A stretch of DNA of 64,000 bases from an uncultured delta proteobacterium (GCA_963771175.1 CAVYSY010000054.1:32001-96000); one strand, 5' to 3'; positions 1-11,778 are shown, counted from the first letter of the stretch. A program made the numbers and translations. Notes: generated by a model not told the origin, from the sequence alone.

Positions 1-413
1 TTGCGGCCCGGGTTGCGCACCTCGCCGAGTATCGACACCTTGATGGGCTGGGCCTCGTCCACGATGACGGTGACGACGGGGTTGGCCACCATGTCCTTCA
101 GCTTCTGCTCCACCAGCTTCGCGAGCGCGGCCGGCGTCTGCCCGGCGGCCTCCACGTCGTTGATGAGCGGCAGGCTGATGCGGCCGTCTTCGCGCACGCG
201 CAGGCGGGAGGAGATGTCCCGCTGGTTCCACACGTTGACGTTGAGGACGTCGCCCTTGCGGATGAGGTAGCCCTCGTCCTGCTGCGTCTGGGGCTCGCGG
301 TAGTCGTCCACCCAGATGAAGCGGCCCGGCTGGTAGCAGGCGGACAACAGCAGGAGCGCGGCCAGCAGGGACCAGCGGCGCGGCGAGAGGGAGCGGAGGG
401 AGGGTCGGCTCAT
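1..413 (-). CDS. epsY: Polysaccharide export OPX/Wza-family lipoprotein (EpsY-like), partial, runs off window start
   Basis: Manual translation MSRPSLRSLSPRRWSLLAALLLLSAC (lipobox)...YLIRKGDVLNVNVW...RVREDGRISLPLINDVEAAGQTP...PIKVSILGEVRNPG is the polysaccharide export motif; gene order epsZ-wzx-epsY as recalled for the M. xanthus eps locus. Confidence 0.8.
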   Translation of the reverse strand, partial: MSRPSLRSLSPRRWSLLAALLLLSACYQPGRFIWVDDYREPQTQQDEGYLIRKGDVLNVNVWNQRDISSRLRVREDGRISLPLINDVEAAGQTPAALAKLVEQKLKDMVANPVVTVIVDEAQPIKVSILGEVRNPGR

Positions 414-421
414 GGAAGGCT

Positions 422-1942
422 TCATGCGGCGCGGACCTCGGCGGGAGGCGGCTCGGTGGAGACCTGGGGCTTGCGGCGGTCGCGCACCTTGCGCACCAGT
501 GCGAGCACCTCGTCCTTGCGCACCGCGCCGGTGAGGAGGGTGAGGGACACGTAGAGGAGGCCGTCCAACACCAGGCGGGCGAGGCCGCGCGCCAGGTCGC
601 GCGAGTCCAGCCCCAGTCGGCCCAGCATCAGGTGGACGGCGGTGACGGCGGCGCACACCCCGAGCGTCTTGCCCAGCACGGAGAGGGCCCGCGCATCCCA
701 GGCGCGGTTGCCGATGGCGGTGACGAGGATGACGGTGACGATGATCTCGCAGGTGGCCAGCGTGAGGGCGGTGGCGCTCGCGCCGCCCGTCGGGCCCAGC
801 CACTTCAGGCAGAGCGGGATGAGCACGAGGTTGAGCACGGGGTTGAGCACCGCGGCCAGGATGGAGGTGCGCGTCACCGTCCAGGGGCGGTTGGCGGCCA
901 TGAGCCAGCTCCCGCACACGGTGGCCACGTAGGTGAGCACGAAGATGGGCGCGAGCAGCCGCAGCACCGGCGCGGCCGGCAGGTAGGCCTGGCCGATCAT
1001 CAGCTGCACCCACGTCTCCGCGCCCAGCGCCAGCGCGAGCGTCACGGGCACGGACAGGGAGACGATGCCCTCGAGCCCCCGGCGGAGGAGGCGGGTGAAC
1101 TCCTCGGGGGAGCTCGCCGCCGCGCGCGACATCATCGGCAGCAGCACCCAGCTCAGGATGGGAGAGAGCAGCATCGTCATGCCGGCGATGCCCCAGACGG
1201 CGCCGTAGTAGCCCACCTCGGTCTTGTTGGCGACCATGCCGAGGATGCTGACGTCCACGCGGCCGTTGGTGGCCAGCGCCGCCTCGTTGATGAAGAAGGG
1301 CAGGGCGGCCAGCAGGGCGGTGACGGTGGAGCGCACGTCCAGCCGCAGCTTCAGCCCGGCGTGCTGGCGCGTGAGGCGGAAGAGGAACGCGGCCTTGACG
1401 ACCTCGGCGCCGATGAAGGGCGCGGCCATCCACGGCAGCGGTGCGCCCAGCAGCAGCACCAGCACCAGCCCGCCGCCCCAGATGCACTTCATGAGGACGT
1501 GGGCCACCGACAGGCCGTCCACTTGCTCGCGGGCGTGCAGCACCGCGGCGAGGATGGCGTTGAGGCGGAAGAAGAACTGGTAGACGCCCAGCAGCAGCAC
1601 CAGGGCCTGCACCTCGGGCGGCTCGCCACTGGCGCGCATCACCCACAGCATGGCGCCGCTCAGCCCCAGCGCGAGCCCCACCTGCAGGAGCAGCGTGCCG
1701 CCGAAGAACTCGCTGGCGTGCTCGCGACGGAGGGCCACTTCCTTGCGGATGTAGACGTCCAGGCCCATGGCGCTGAGCACGAAGAACGCGCCGGAGAAAC
1801 CGTTGGCCCAGTTGTACTGGCCGAAGCTCGTCGGGCCGAGGATGCGCGGCACCAGCATCTGCAGGACGAGCGAGATGCCGTACGTCACCAGCAGCGACCC
1901 GCCCAGCTTGACGGCATTGCGCAGGGAGGTGTGGGCGTCCAC
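422..1942 (-). CDS. wzx: Wzx-type oligosaccharide flippase
   Basis: 506 aa, many TM segments, ...RILGPTSFGQYNWA...EVGYYGAV... flippase signatures; between a sugar transferase and an OPX gene. Confidence 0.9.
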   Translation of the reverse strand: MDAHTSLRNAVKLGGSLLVTYGISLVLQMLVPRILGPTSFGQYNWANGFSGAFFVLSAMGLDVYIRKEVALRREHASEFFGGTLLLQVGLALGLSGAMLWVMRASGEPPEVQALVLLLGVYQFFFRLNAILAAVLHAREQVDGLSVAHVLMKCIWGGGLVLVLLLGAPLPWMAAPFIGAEVVKAAFLFRLTRQHAGLKLRLDVRSTVTALLAALPFFINEAALATNGRVDVSILGMVANKTEVGYYGAVWGIAGMTMLLSPILSWVLLPMMSRAAASSPEEFTRLLRRGLEGIVSLSVPVTLALALGAETWVQLMIGQAYLPAAPVLRLLAPIFVLTYVATVCGSWLMAANRPWTVTRTSILAAVLNPVLNLVLIPLCLKWLGPTGGASATALTLATCEIIVTVILVTAIGNRAWDARALSVLGKTLGVCAAVTAVHLMLGRLGLDSRDLARGLARLVLDGLLYVSLTLLTGAVRKDEVLALVRKVRDRRKPQVSTEPPPAEVRAA

Positions 1943-2195
1943 CTGGGCGGGCTCGGCCCGCGGTTCGGCCGCCGTGCTCGTCTGGGACGTTTCGATGACT
2001 CGGTACCTCGACAGGGAAGGCTGCGCGCAGTGAACGACAGAGGTGCCCCCCCGTCAAATACAAGGCTACATGTCTGTAGAGTGGCCGAGCCGGCTTCTTG
2101 AGGCGGTGGGAGGCCCCAGGACCCGAGGGGTCCCGTTCCGGTGGGGAGCCATGGGGGCGAGGGGTCGGCCCCTGCCGCCCGAGGAGATGCGCGCC

Positions 2196-2941
2196 ATGTA
2201 CGAGTTGAGACGCTGGGGAGTGGTGCTCGGGTTGCTGCTGGCCGGCTGCGCGGCCTCGGGCCCTTCGCTGCGCGAGGAAGCGGCGCCCGACGCTTCATTC
2301 CAGGAGGCGGAGCGGGACGAGGCGGACACATGCCTCGCGCTCCTGTGTGACGAGGAGGTGTGCGGCTTCCTGCGCTGCGAGGACGTGGCGGAGGCGGTGG
2401 CCGAGCGGGTCGGCTCGGACGCGGCGCCCGGCCGCGTGGTGAAGGCGTGGGCGAACCCGAGCGCGGTGAGCATCTACCCGCCGGGCTACAACCCCCACCT
2501 GCGGCACTGGGGGAGGCCGTTGTTGCTGCCGGAGGAGCGGGGCGCCGTCTTCATCATCCCGTGGAGGAACCACCACCACCGCCACCTGCTACCGAGCCAG
2601 AAGCAGCTCCTCGCCGAGGCCAACGAGAGGCTGAACCGGCCTCACGAGAAGCACCACATCTTCCCGCAGGAGTTCCTGGAGTGGTTCAAGAGCAAGGGGA
2701 TCGACATCCATCAATGGACGATGTTCATCGAAACAGCCCTGCACAAGAGCATCCATCGCGGAGAGAAGGGGGGTCCCTGGAATGCGGCGTGGCGGCAGTT
2801 CATTGCGAGAAGGCGATAAAATGCGCGACGAAGGAGGACATCTGGAAGCACGCCTGGGAGTTGTGCGTACGCTTCGGTCTGATGGCGCCACTGCAGCCGT
2901 ACTATGGCAAGACGCGGCTGCCGCCCCCCATCGAGTTCTGA
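2196..2941 (+). CDS. TIGR02269/DUF2380-family lipoprotein (SitA6-like polymorphic toxin), frameshift near 2812-2820
   Basis: GAGGAG RBS, lipobox LLLAGC, Cys cluster CLALLCDEEVCGFLRCED, HEKHHIFPQEF...HKSIH...WNAAWRQFI motif; C-terminus (TKEDIWKHAWEL...PYY) continues in another frame to 2941. Confidence 0.8.
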
Positions 2942-2948
2942 GGTGCAG

Positions 2949-3672
2949 ATGAGGTTCTACAGGCTGGATTCCGTCCCGTACGAGAGCTTGCGCTACACGG
3001 GCGAGTACAACGCCGACCGCAAGTGGGGCCTGCCCGGGCTGCAATGCCCCACCTGCAATGTCCCCTATGTCGATATGTCGGAGGCCTACCCGGGCGTGGA
3101 TTTATCGGGCGTGCCGGAGGCGAAGCAGCTCGAAGAGGCCTGGCTGGAAGAGGACGTCGAGAGGTTCAAGCGCCTGCGGGAATTGGTGCGGCCCCTGGTT
3201 CCGGCGGGAGCGCCACTGGCTCCCGGCTGCCGGCTTCGGCCCGCTCGTGGGCTCGGCCCGTGGCAACTTCGCGCAGCTTGACATGCTGTACGCCGACAGG
3301 GTCATCATCCGCCGCGACGCGCTGGAGCGCTCCAGGCGGAGGGCCTGCGGGGATTGAAGGGGCACCGCACCGGGCTGCGCTTCCGGCAGAGGAACGCGCC
3401 GGAGTTGATGGAGCTCGAGCCGGAGATGCTCGGCCTGCTCCACCCGGACTGCATCCCACCGGGCAAGGCCGCCCCGTGCAAGACGTGCGGTGGCTATGTC
3501 TTACTCCCTGCCGAAGGAGCCGCTGCTCGACCGGGCCTCGCTGCCGGAGCACCTGGACGTGTTCCGGCTGCGCAACTGCACCAGCTTCATCGTCATCAGC
3601 GAGCGCTTCGCGGACACCCTGCGCCGGCTCGGCTTCGAGGAGTTCTCCCTCCGCGAGCTGCCCGTGCGCTGA
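2949..3672 (+). CDS. Double-CXXCG motif protein (TIGR02264, SitI6-like immunity), frameshifted
   Basis: [40 protein letters not shown]...CKTCG, LDVFRL...IVISERF spread over several frames, directly behind the TIGR02269 gene. Confidence 0.8.
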
Positions 3673-3711
3673 GCCCCGCGAAGCGGCGGGGCCCCTTGTC
3701 TCTCGCGCCGT

Positions 3712-5284
3712 CTAGCTCGCGCCGCTGCCCGTGAGCACCACCGGCACCGTCTTGAGGATCAGGTTGATGTCGTTCTTGAGGCTCCAGTGGTCGATGTACT
3801 GCATGTCCAGGTACATCCACTCCTCGAACGAAATCTGATTGCGGCCGGAGACCTGCCAGATGCAGGTGAGCCCCGGGCGCACCGACAGGCGGCGCCGCTG
3901 CCAGGCCTCGTACTTCTCCACCTCGCTCGGGCATGGGCGGCCGCGGCCCCACCACGCTCATGTCGCCGCGCAGCACGTTGATGAGCTGGGGCAGCTCGTC
4001 GATGGAGTACTTGCGGATGAAGCGCCCGATGCGGGTGATGCGCGGGTCGTTCTTCATCTTGAAGACGGGGCCCGTCTGCTCGTTGAGCGTCTCCAGCTTC
4101 GCCTTCAGCTCCTCGGCGTTGACCACCATGGAGCGGAACTTGAGCATGTGGAACGGCTTGCCGTGCAGGCCCACGCGCTTCTGCTTGAAGAAGATGGGCC
4201 CGCGGCTGGTGAACTTCACTCCCAGCGCCACCCCCACCAGCAGCGGCGACAGCATCGCCAGTGCCGCCGCCGAGCTGCAGATGTCGAACAGCCGCTTGAG
4301 CGCCATCTGGTGCGGCCGGAACGCGTGCGTCAGGAAGTGCAGGTACCCATCCGAGACCGCGTGGTCGTCGATGGGCCGCGCCCGATCGAACCGGATGTGG
4401 TACGCCGGCAGCGCGAAGGGAAGCCCGAAGTTCTCGCACAGCTTCACGGCGGCCTGCATCTCCGCCGAGTGCTTCAGCATGTTCCCGGCGATGTACACCT
4501 CGTCCACCGGCACCGTGCACAGGATGTGCTCCAGGTCCTTCACCGTCCCCATCACCGGCGCGGGCGGCGTGGACGAGGCCGCCTCGTTGCTGAAGCTCAG
4601 GTAGCCAATCACCCGCCGGCGGTGCTTGGTGTTGAGGTCCTCGCCCGTGAGCCGGCCCATCGCTCCCACACCGACGATGAGCACCTCGTCCAGCGGCTGC
4701 TCCTGCCCGGACAGTCGCCGGAAGAGGTACATGCGCAGCAGCACCACCGAGGGCCACAGCAGCGGGGGGAACAGGCTGAGCGCGACGATCCACGACTCGG
4801 TGCCCAGCACCAGTCGGGTGAGGAAGAGCACCACCGTGACGACCATCACCTGGATGGACACCAGCGCCAGGTCATCCAGCCGCTCGCGGTCCGCGAAGCG
4901 CACGTCGTAGAGGCACAGCGCCGTGCCCACGAACAGCCACGAGATGATTCCCACCCCCATCAGCACCCAGACGTCGGTGCGCTCCAGGTGTAGATCGTGC
5001 CCCATCATCGTCGTGGAGATGATCAGCGCCGCCACCACCAGCACCAGGTCCACCGTCAGGTTCAGCTTGGCGGCGAACCCCGGGGCGAAGCGTGAGGGCG
5101 GGGTCGCGGCGGCGGCCGGCGGGGTGAGCACCGTGAGCGGCTTCTCCGCGGCGGCCGGCGTACTCGTCCCCATCACCGGGGCCTCGGACGAGGCCGCCCC
5201 GTTGGGTAGGGTGTCCGAACCGGTCTGGGAGGTGGTGGAGGTGGACTCGCTGGATGTCACGTCAACTTGAGCTGCGGGTCGCAA
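3712..5284 (-). CDS. epsZ: Polyisoprenyl-phosphate hexose-1-phosphate transferase (EpsZ/WcaJ-like), frameshift near 3925-3935; start uncertain
   Basis: N-terminal TMs, VLIVGVG Rossmann segment, KRLFDI...KFRSM...[37 protein letters not shown]; tail [19 protein letters not shown] in the second frame. Confidence 0.9.
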
Positions 5285-5541
5285 TCTGGACGCTCCGGGA
5301 TTTCGACATCCGACGACCCCCGCATGATAGGGGACCGCGATGCCTGCCAGAAGCGGGGGATGACCAACTGTTAAGGCGCTTCATCCCCCCGTTTTCTGTG
5401 CCCCGCAGGGTAGAAGGACGGCCCGCGCACCGTCAACCTCCCCTGTATTTTTGTTCCGACGGTGTAACTGTTGCCTGACACAACTCCGCCCCACCGGGTC
5501 GGAGCGCATGTGTGTCGCCACTGTAGGGGCACGGCGCATGC

Positions 5542-6336
5542 ATGGCGTGGACTGGACGTAATGGGTCCTCCAACGGAGTCACCGCCATGGCCTCGCCCGC
5601 CCCGCCCGTGTCCGCCGCCGTCGTCCTGTCGCGCCGGGAGCTCGACGCGGCCCTGTTGGATTTGGACGGCGTGGTGACTCGGACGGCCGAGGTGCATGCC
5701 GCGGCGTGGAAGCGGCTGTTCGACCCGTACCTGACCCAGCCCTTCTCGGCGGAGGACTACCGGCGGTACGTGGACGGACGGCCGCGACTCGACGGCATCC
5801 GCTGCTTCCTGGCCAGCCGGGGCCTCTCCCTGCCCGAGGGCTCGCCGGAGGACGGCGCCGGGGCGGAGACGGTGTGGGGACTGGGGCAGCGGAAGAACGC
5901 GGCCTTCCTCGAGGCGCTGGAGCGACAGGGGGTGGCGGTCTTCCCGGCGGCGGTGGGGCTGCTCGAGCGGCTGCGGGCGGCGGGCTTCCGCACGGCGGTG
6001 GTGACCGCGAGCCGCAACGGCGCGGCGGTGCTGAAGGCGGCGGGGCTGGAGCATCTCTTCGACGCTCGGGTGGACGGTGTGGAGGCGGGGCGGCTGGGGT
6101 TGCCGGGCAAGCCGGCCCCGGACACGTTCCTGGAAGCAGCACGGCGGTTGGGCGTGCCGCCGACGCGGGCGGTGGTGCTGGAGGATGCCCAGGCCGGAGT
6201 GGAGGCGGGGCGGCGAGGGGGTTTCGGGCGCGTGCTCGGCGTGCGCCGCTCGGGGCCCGAGGGCGCGCTGGTGGCGGCCGGGGCCGACGTGGAGGTGACG
6301 GACCTCTCCACCGTGAGGGTGGAGGAAGGAGGGTGA
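5542..6336 (+). CDS. HAD-family hydrolase, beta-phosphoglucomutase-like
   Basis: LLDLDGVVT motif I, VVTAS, GKPAPDTF, VVLEDAQAGVEAG; first gene of trehalose cluster (start may be 5587). Confidence 0.88.
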   Translation: MAWTGRNGSSNGVTAMASPAPPVSAAVVLSRRELDAALLDLDGVVTRTAEVHAAAWKRLFDPYLTQPFSAEDYRRYVDGRPRLDGIRCFLASRGLSLPEGSPEDGAGAETVWGLGQRKNAAFLEALERQGVAVFPAAVGLLERLRAAGFRTAVVTASRNGAAVLKAAGLEHLFDARVDGVEAGRLGLPGKPAPDTFLEAARRLGVPPTRAVVLEDAQAGVEAGRRGGFGRVLGVRRSGPEGALVAAGADVEVTDLSTVRVEEGG

Positions 6337-6337
6337 G

Positions 6338-7198
6338 GTGCGGGAAAGCGGGCCGGAAGTGCGACCGATGCGGGAGGTGCCCTCGGCGCTGGAGCGGTGG
6401 GAGGAGTTGCGGCGGCGGATGGAGGGCCATGAGGTGGCCGTCTTCCTGGACTACGACGGCACGCTGACGCCCATCGTCCCCCAACCCGAGGACGCGCGCC
6501 TGTCGGACGCGATGCGGGCCACGGTGGCGGCGCTCGCGCGGCGCTGCCCGGTGGCCCTCGTGAGTGGGAGGGATTTGCCGGTGTTGAAGGACTTCGTGCG
6601 GCTGGAGGGCCCGTACTACGTGGGCAGCCACGGCTTCGACATCGAGGGGCCGGGCGGGCGGGCGTTCCAGCAGCCGGAAGGGCTGGCGCTGCTGCCCGAG
6701 CTGGACGCGGCGGAGCGGGAGCTGGCGGCCGGCCTCGCGGGCCTTCCCGGTGCTCGGCTGGAGCGCAAGCGCTTCAGCGTGGCGGTGCATTGGCGGCATG
6801 TGGAGGAGGCGAGGGTGCCGGAGGTGGAGCGCGTCGTGGCCGGGGTGCTGGCGCGCCACCCGCGGCTGCGCCGGAGCGGGGGGAAGAAGGTGTTCGAGGT
6901 GCGGCCGGACCTCGACTGGGACAAGGGCCGGGCGGTGGAGTGGCTGTTGCGCGAGCTGGGACTGGCGCGCGAGGGCGTGCTGCCGGTGTTCGTGGGGGAC
7001 GACCTCACGGACGAGGACGCCTTCGCGGTGCTGAAGGGGCGGGGCCTCGGGCTGGTGGTGCGAGGCGACGAGGCTCGGCCCACGGCGGCGGATTACGCGT
7101 TGGAGGACGTGGAGGAGGTGCGCCAGTTGCTGGAGCGGCTCACCGCCCGCGTGGAGGGACGCAGCGATGACGCTGGAACACTGGTTGTTCAGCCATGA
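6338..7198 (+). CDS. otsB: Trehalose-6-phosphate phosphatase
   Basis: FLDYDGTLTPIV, VSGR, YVGSHG, KKVFEVRP, DKGRAV, FVGDDLTDEDAF. Confidence 0.92.
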   Translation: MRESGPEVRPMREVPSALERWEELRRRMEGHEVAVFLDYDGTLTPIVPQPEDARLSDAMRATVAALARRCPVALVSGRDLPVLKDFVRLEGPYYVGSHGFDIEGPGGRAFQQPEGLALLPELDAAERELAAGLAGLPGARLERKRFSVAVHWRHVEEARVPEVERVVAGVLARHPRLRRSGGKKVFEVRPDLDWDKGRAVEWLLRELGLAREGVLPVFVGDDLTDEDAFAVLKGRGLGLVVRGDEARPTAADYALEDVEEVRQLLERLTARVEGRSDDAGTLVVQP

Positions 7199-9638
7199 GG
7201 GCTTCGAACCGGCGAAGGAGGGCCTGCGCGAGGCGCTGTGCACGCTGGGCAACGGCTACTTCGCCACGCGCGGGGCGGCGCCAGAGGCCACGGCGGACGA
7301 GACGCACTACCCGGGCACGTACCTGGCGGGCGGCTACAACCGGCTGAAGACGGACCTGGCCGGGCGGGTGGTGGAGAACGAGGACCTGGTCAACATGCCC
7401 AACTGGCTGCCGCTCACCTTCCGGCTGGAGGGCGGCGACTGGTTCAACGTGCGAGCGGTGAAGCTGCTGGAGTACCGGCAGGAGTTGGACATGGCGCGGG
7501 GGCTGCTGCTGCGCACGGTGCGCTTCGAGGACAAGCAGGGGCGTCGCACGCGGGTGGAGCAGCGGCGCTTCGTCCACATGCGGGACAAGCACCTGGCGGG
7601 GCAGGAACTGGTGCTGGCGCCGGAGAACTGGGCGGGCGCGTGCGACCTGCGCTCGGCGCTGGACGGGCGGGTAGTGAATGGGGGCGTGCCTCGCTACCAG
7701 CAGCTCAACTGCAAGCACCTGCGCTGCCCTGGTGACGGAGGAGGTGGACGCGGAGACGCTGCTGCTGGAGGTGGAGACGGTGCAATCGCGCCTGGAGGTG
7801 GCGGAGGCGGCGCGCACGCGGCTGTACGCGAACGGCCGGCCCGTGGTGGTGGGGCGCGGGCTCGCCGTGGAGGAGGGCTTCCTCGCGCACGAGTTCACGG
7901 TGGACGCGCGCGCGGGCGAGCGCCTCTCGGTGGAGAAGGTGGTGGCGCTGTACTCGTCGAGGGACCTCGCGGTGTCGGAGCCCGCGCTGGAGGCCCGGCA
8001 CGCGGTGGAGGTGGCGCCCGCGCGCTTCGAGGAGCTGGTGGCCACGCACGCGCTGGCGTGGACGCACCTGTGGCGCCGGTGTGACCTGGACCTGGAGCTG
8101 GCCGAGCCGGACCACATCCATCGGACGCTGCGGCTGCACATCTTCCACCTGCTGCAGACGGTGTCGCCGCACACCATCGACCTCGACGTCGGCGTGCCGG
8201 CGCGCGGCTGGCACGGCGAGGCGTACCGCGGCCACGTCTTCTGGGACGAGCTGTTCGTCTTCCCGTTCCTCAACCTGCGCGTTCCCGGATCTGACGCGCG
8301 CGCTGCTGCTCTACCGCTACCGGCGGCTGCGGCGAGGCGCGCGAGGCAGCGCGGGCAGGCGGGCTTCCGCGGGGCGATGTATCCCTGGCAGAGCGGCAGC
8401 GACGGGCGCGAGGAGAGCCAGCGGCTGCACCTCAACCCGCGCTCGGGGCGCTGGCTTCCGGACGACATCGCGGCTGCAGCGGCACGTCAACGCGGCCATC
8501 GCCTACAACGTCTGGCAGTACTACCAGGCCACCGGCGACTCGGAGTTCCTGTCCTACTACGGCGCGGAGATGCTGCTCGAGATCGCCCGCTTCTGGGCGA
8601 GCATCGCCAGCTACGAACCCGGCGCTGCGGCCGCTACGAGATCCGCGGCGTGATGGGCCCGGACGAGTACCACGACGCGCTACCCGGACCGCGCCGAGCC
8701 CGGGCTCGACAACAACGCCTACACCAACGTGATGGCGGTCTGGGTGCTGTGCACGCGCCTGGAGGTGCTCGAGCTGCTGCCGCGCGAGCGGCGCCGACGA
8801 GCTGCTGCGAGCGGCTGCGCGCTGCGGCCGCGAGGAGCTGGCGCGCTGGGACGACGTCAGCCGGCAAGACTGCGGCTGCCGTTCCACGAGGACGGCGTCA
8901 TCAGCCAGTTCGAGGGCTACGAGCAGCTCCGGGAGCTCGACTGGGAGGCGCTACCGCGCAGCGCTACGGCGACATCCAGCGGCTGGATCGCATCCTCGAG
9001 GCCGAGGGCGACACGCCCAACCGCTACAAGCTGTCGAAGCAGGCCGACGTGCTGATGCTGTTCTACCTGTTCTCGGCCGAGGAGCTGCGCGGAGCTCTTC
9101 GAGCGGCTGGGCTACCCGTTCGACGCCGGAGATGATCCCGCGGACCGTCGACTACTACCTGCAGCGCACCTCCCACGGCTCGACGCTGAGCGGCGTCGTT
9201 CACTCGTGGGTGCTGGCGCGCAGCGACCGCCCGCGCTCATGGACGCTGTTTGGCGAGGCGCTGCGCAGCGACATCTCGGACGTCCAGGGCGGCACGACGC
9301 CGGAGGGCATCCACCTGGGCGCCATGGCGGGGACGGTCGACCTGATGCAGCGTGCGTTCACCGGCATCGAGGTGCGAGGGGACGTGCTGCACTTCAACCC
9401 CAACCTGCCCGAGGGGCTGGTGCGGCTGAAGTTCCAGCTGCGCTACCGCAGGCACCTGGTGGAGGTGGAGATCACCCAGGACAAGCTGGTGCTCAACAGC
9501 CGGTGGAGGAGCCCGGAGCCGCTGGAGTTCGCGCTGCGCGGCGTGCGCCTCCAGCTCCTTCCCTGCGAGACGCGGGAGTTCCCCATCTCCCGGCCCCCCA
9601 TCACGGCTGACTCGGACCTGCACGGCGCGGGTCCGTGA
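7167..9638 (+). CDS. Glycoside hydrolase family 65 (trehalose/maltose phosphorylase-like), multiple frameshifts
   Basis: REALCTLGNGYFATRG, PARGWHGEAYRGHVFWDE, GVMGPDEYH, KQADVLMLFYL, HGSTLS, EGIHLGAMAG across several frames. Confidence 0.88.
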
Positions 9639-10881
9639 GGACCCCGGACTTCCAACGGACGGGCAGGGACTCGAAGCCGCGGAAGAGCAGGCTGTGGCAC
9701 TTGAGCTGCGGGAGCTGCTCCTCGTCCAGGTGCAGGTCCGGCAGGCGCTCGAGCAGCACCGAGAAGGCGATTTCCAGCTCGCGCCGGGCCAGGCCGGCAC
9801 CCAGGCAGTGGTGGGGCCCGAAGGCGAAGCTCAGGTGCTTCTGGTGGTGGTCTCGGCTGATGTCGAAGCGCTCCGGCTGCGGGAAGACCTCCGGGTCGCG
9901 GTTGGCGGCCGCCATGCCCAGGAAGACCATGTCGCCCTGGCGGAGGGTGCGTCCCCGCAGCTCGAAGGTCTCCACCGCCACCCGGTGAATCCACGGGATG
10001 GGCGGGTCGTAGCGCAGCATCTCCTCCACGGCCGAGCGCACCAGCCCCGGGTCCTCCTGGAGCTTGCGCAGCTCTGAGGGGTGCGTCAGCAGCGCGTGGA
10101 GGCCATTGCTGAGCTGGTCCGTGGTGGTGAGGTGCCCGGCCGAGAGGATGAGCAGGGCGTTGGCGACAATCTCCTCCACGCTCGCGCCGCCCGCCTCCTG
10201 GCGCTGGACCATCTGGCTGAGCATGTCGTCGCCGGGCGCGCGCATCCGCTCCTCGACGAGCGCCGTCATGAAGTCGCGGGACTCCACCATGGCCTGGTTG
10301 GCGCGGCGGGCCAGCGCCACCATGTCCACCCCCATCGCGGGGCTGAAGAACTCGGCGATGGGATGGGTCCACGCCACGAAGCGCGTGCGCTCCTCGGCCG
10401 GAATGCCGAAGAGCTCGGCGATGACGAGCGGGGGGAGCTGGTAGGCGATGTCCGTCGCGAAGTCCATGCGGCCCTGGGAGAGGGCCCCGTCCACCAGCCG
10501 GTTCATCGTGCGGCGGATGGCCGGCAGCCACGCGTCGAGCGCCTGGGGCGTGAAGCCCGGGCTGCTGGCGCGGCGCAGGCGCAGGTGCTCCTTGCCATCC
10601 TTCATCACCATCTCGTTGCGGATGACGTCGAGGATGTCGCGGGCCGCGTCACCGACCTGGCTCCGCATCTGGAACTCGGCCAGCCGTGCCCGGTCGGCGC
10701 TCAGGCGCGAGTCGCGGAAGGCGTTCATCACGTCGTCATGACGGGTGAGGAACCAGGCATTCACCCCGCTCGACCAGTGCACCGGATCGCTCTTTCTCAG
10801 CTCCTCGTAAAGCGGGACCGGGTTGAGCATGTTCTCGGGCGCAACGGGGTTGAGGGGGTGCTTCCGGGCTGCGCTCGACAT
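9601..10881 (-). CDS. Cytochrome P450
   Basis: LILSAGHLTT I-helix, EEMLRYD ExxR, FAFGPHHCLGA heme ligand. Confidence 0.95.
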   Translation of the reverse strand: MSSAARKHPLNPVAPENMLNPVPLYEELRKSDPVHWSSGVNAWFLTRHDDVMNAFRDSRLSADRARLAEFQMRSQVGDAARDILDVIRNEMVMKDGKEHLRLRRASSPGFTPQALDAWLPAIRRTMNRLVDGALSQGRMDFATDIAYQLPPLVIAELFGIPAEERTRFVAWTHPIAEFFSPAMGVDMVALARRANQAMVESRDFMTALVEERMRAPGDDMLSQMVQRQEAGGASVEEIVANALLILSAGHLTTTDQLSNGLHALLTHPSELRKLQEDPGLVRSAVEEMLRYDPPIPWIHRVAVETFELRGRTLRQGDMVFLGMAAANRDPEVFPQPERFDISRDHHQKHLSFAFGPHHCLGAGLARRELEIAFSVLLERLPDLHLDEEQLPQLKCHSLLFRGFESLPVRWKSGVLTDPRRAGPSQP

Positions 10882-11188
10882 GGTTCTCTCTCCTCGGACG
10901 ACGCATCCTGATGTGCGGGTCTGACGCGATAATCAGCTCTGACCCTCTTGTCTGGAACTGGATTGCAGTTGCCGAGCCAAGCCATGCAAACCCACGGCTC
11001 ACGCAGCGGAGCTGGAAAGCTGTGGGCCGAGGCTCACTCCTTGGGTAGGCACAAGTGAGCCCCACGGTGAGAATCACCCTTTTTCGTCACCCGGCCGTCC
11101 CCGGGGATGGGGTGGGGTGCTACCCGGCGGGTCAGGTCTCACCCGTGCTGGCGAGCGGGGCCGCCGCGGCCATGGTAGAGGCCGGCGC

Positions 11189-11713
11189 ATGAGCACGGAG
11201 TCATTGGAACGGGTGGTCATCCGCGAGGCGAGGCCCGAGGACGACGCGGCCATCGGCGAGCTGCTGGTGGAGGCCTACCTCACCCAGTACGCGAAGAAGC
11301 TGCCGGAGGTGGTGTACACGGAGGAGCGCAAGCGGAGCCTGCGGGACACGGCGAGCAAGCGCGAGGTGGCGAAGGTGCTGGTGGCGGAGCTGGAGGGCCG
11401 GGTGGTGGGCTCGGTGGCGGTGTGGCCGCCGGGAGCGCCGGGCACGGAGGCGTGGCTGCCGAACGCGGCGGACCTGCGCCACCTGGCCACGGCGGTGGAG
11501 TTCCAGGGCAAGGGCCTGTCCAAGCCCCTGCTGGACGAGGCCGAGCGCATGGCGCGCGCCTGGGGCGTGTCGGCCGTCTGCCTGCACGTGCGCCGGGGCG
11601 CGGAGGGGGTGATGCGCATGTACCAGCGCCGCGGTTACGTGCGCGAGCCGGCGGGCGACCTGGAATTGCCCAGCGTCTCCCTCGTGGCCTTCGTGCTGCG
11701 CTTCCAGGGCTGA
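11189..11713 (+). CDS. GNAT family N-acetyltransferase
   Basis: IREARPED, LATAVEFQGKGL acetyl-CoA motif, MYQRRGY. Confidence 0.88.
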   Translation: MSTESLERVVIREARPEDDAAIGELLVEAYLTQYAKKLPEVVYTEERKRSLRDTASKREVAKVLVAELEGRVVGSVAVWPPGAPGTEAWLPNAADLRHLATAVEFQGKGLSKPLLDEAERMARAWGVSAVCLHVRRGAEGVMRMYQRRGYVREPAGDLELPSVSLVAFVLRFQG

Positions 11714-11778
11714 GCCCCCGCACGGGGCGCCTCCCCTCGCGTCCGTTCCTAGATTCATGGGCAACGGGGGACATCTCC

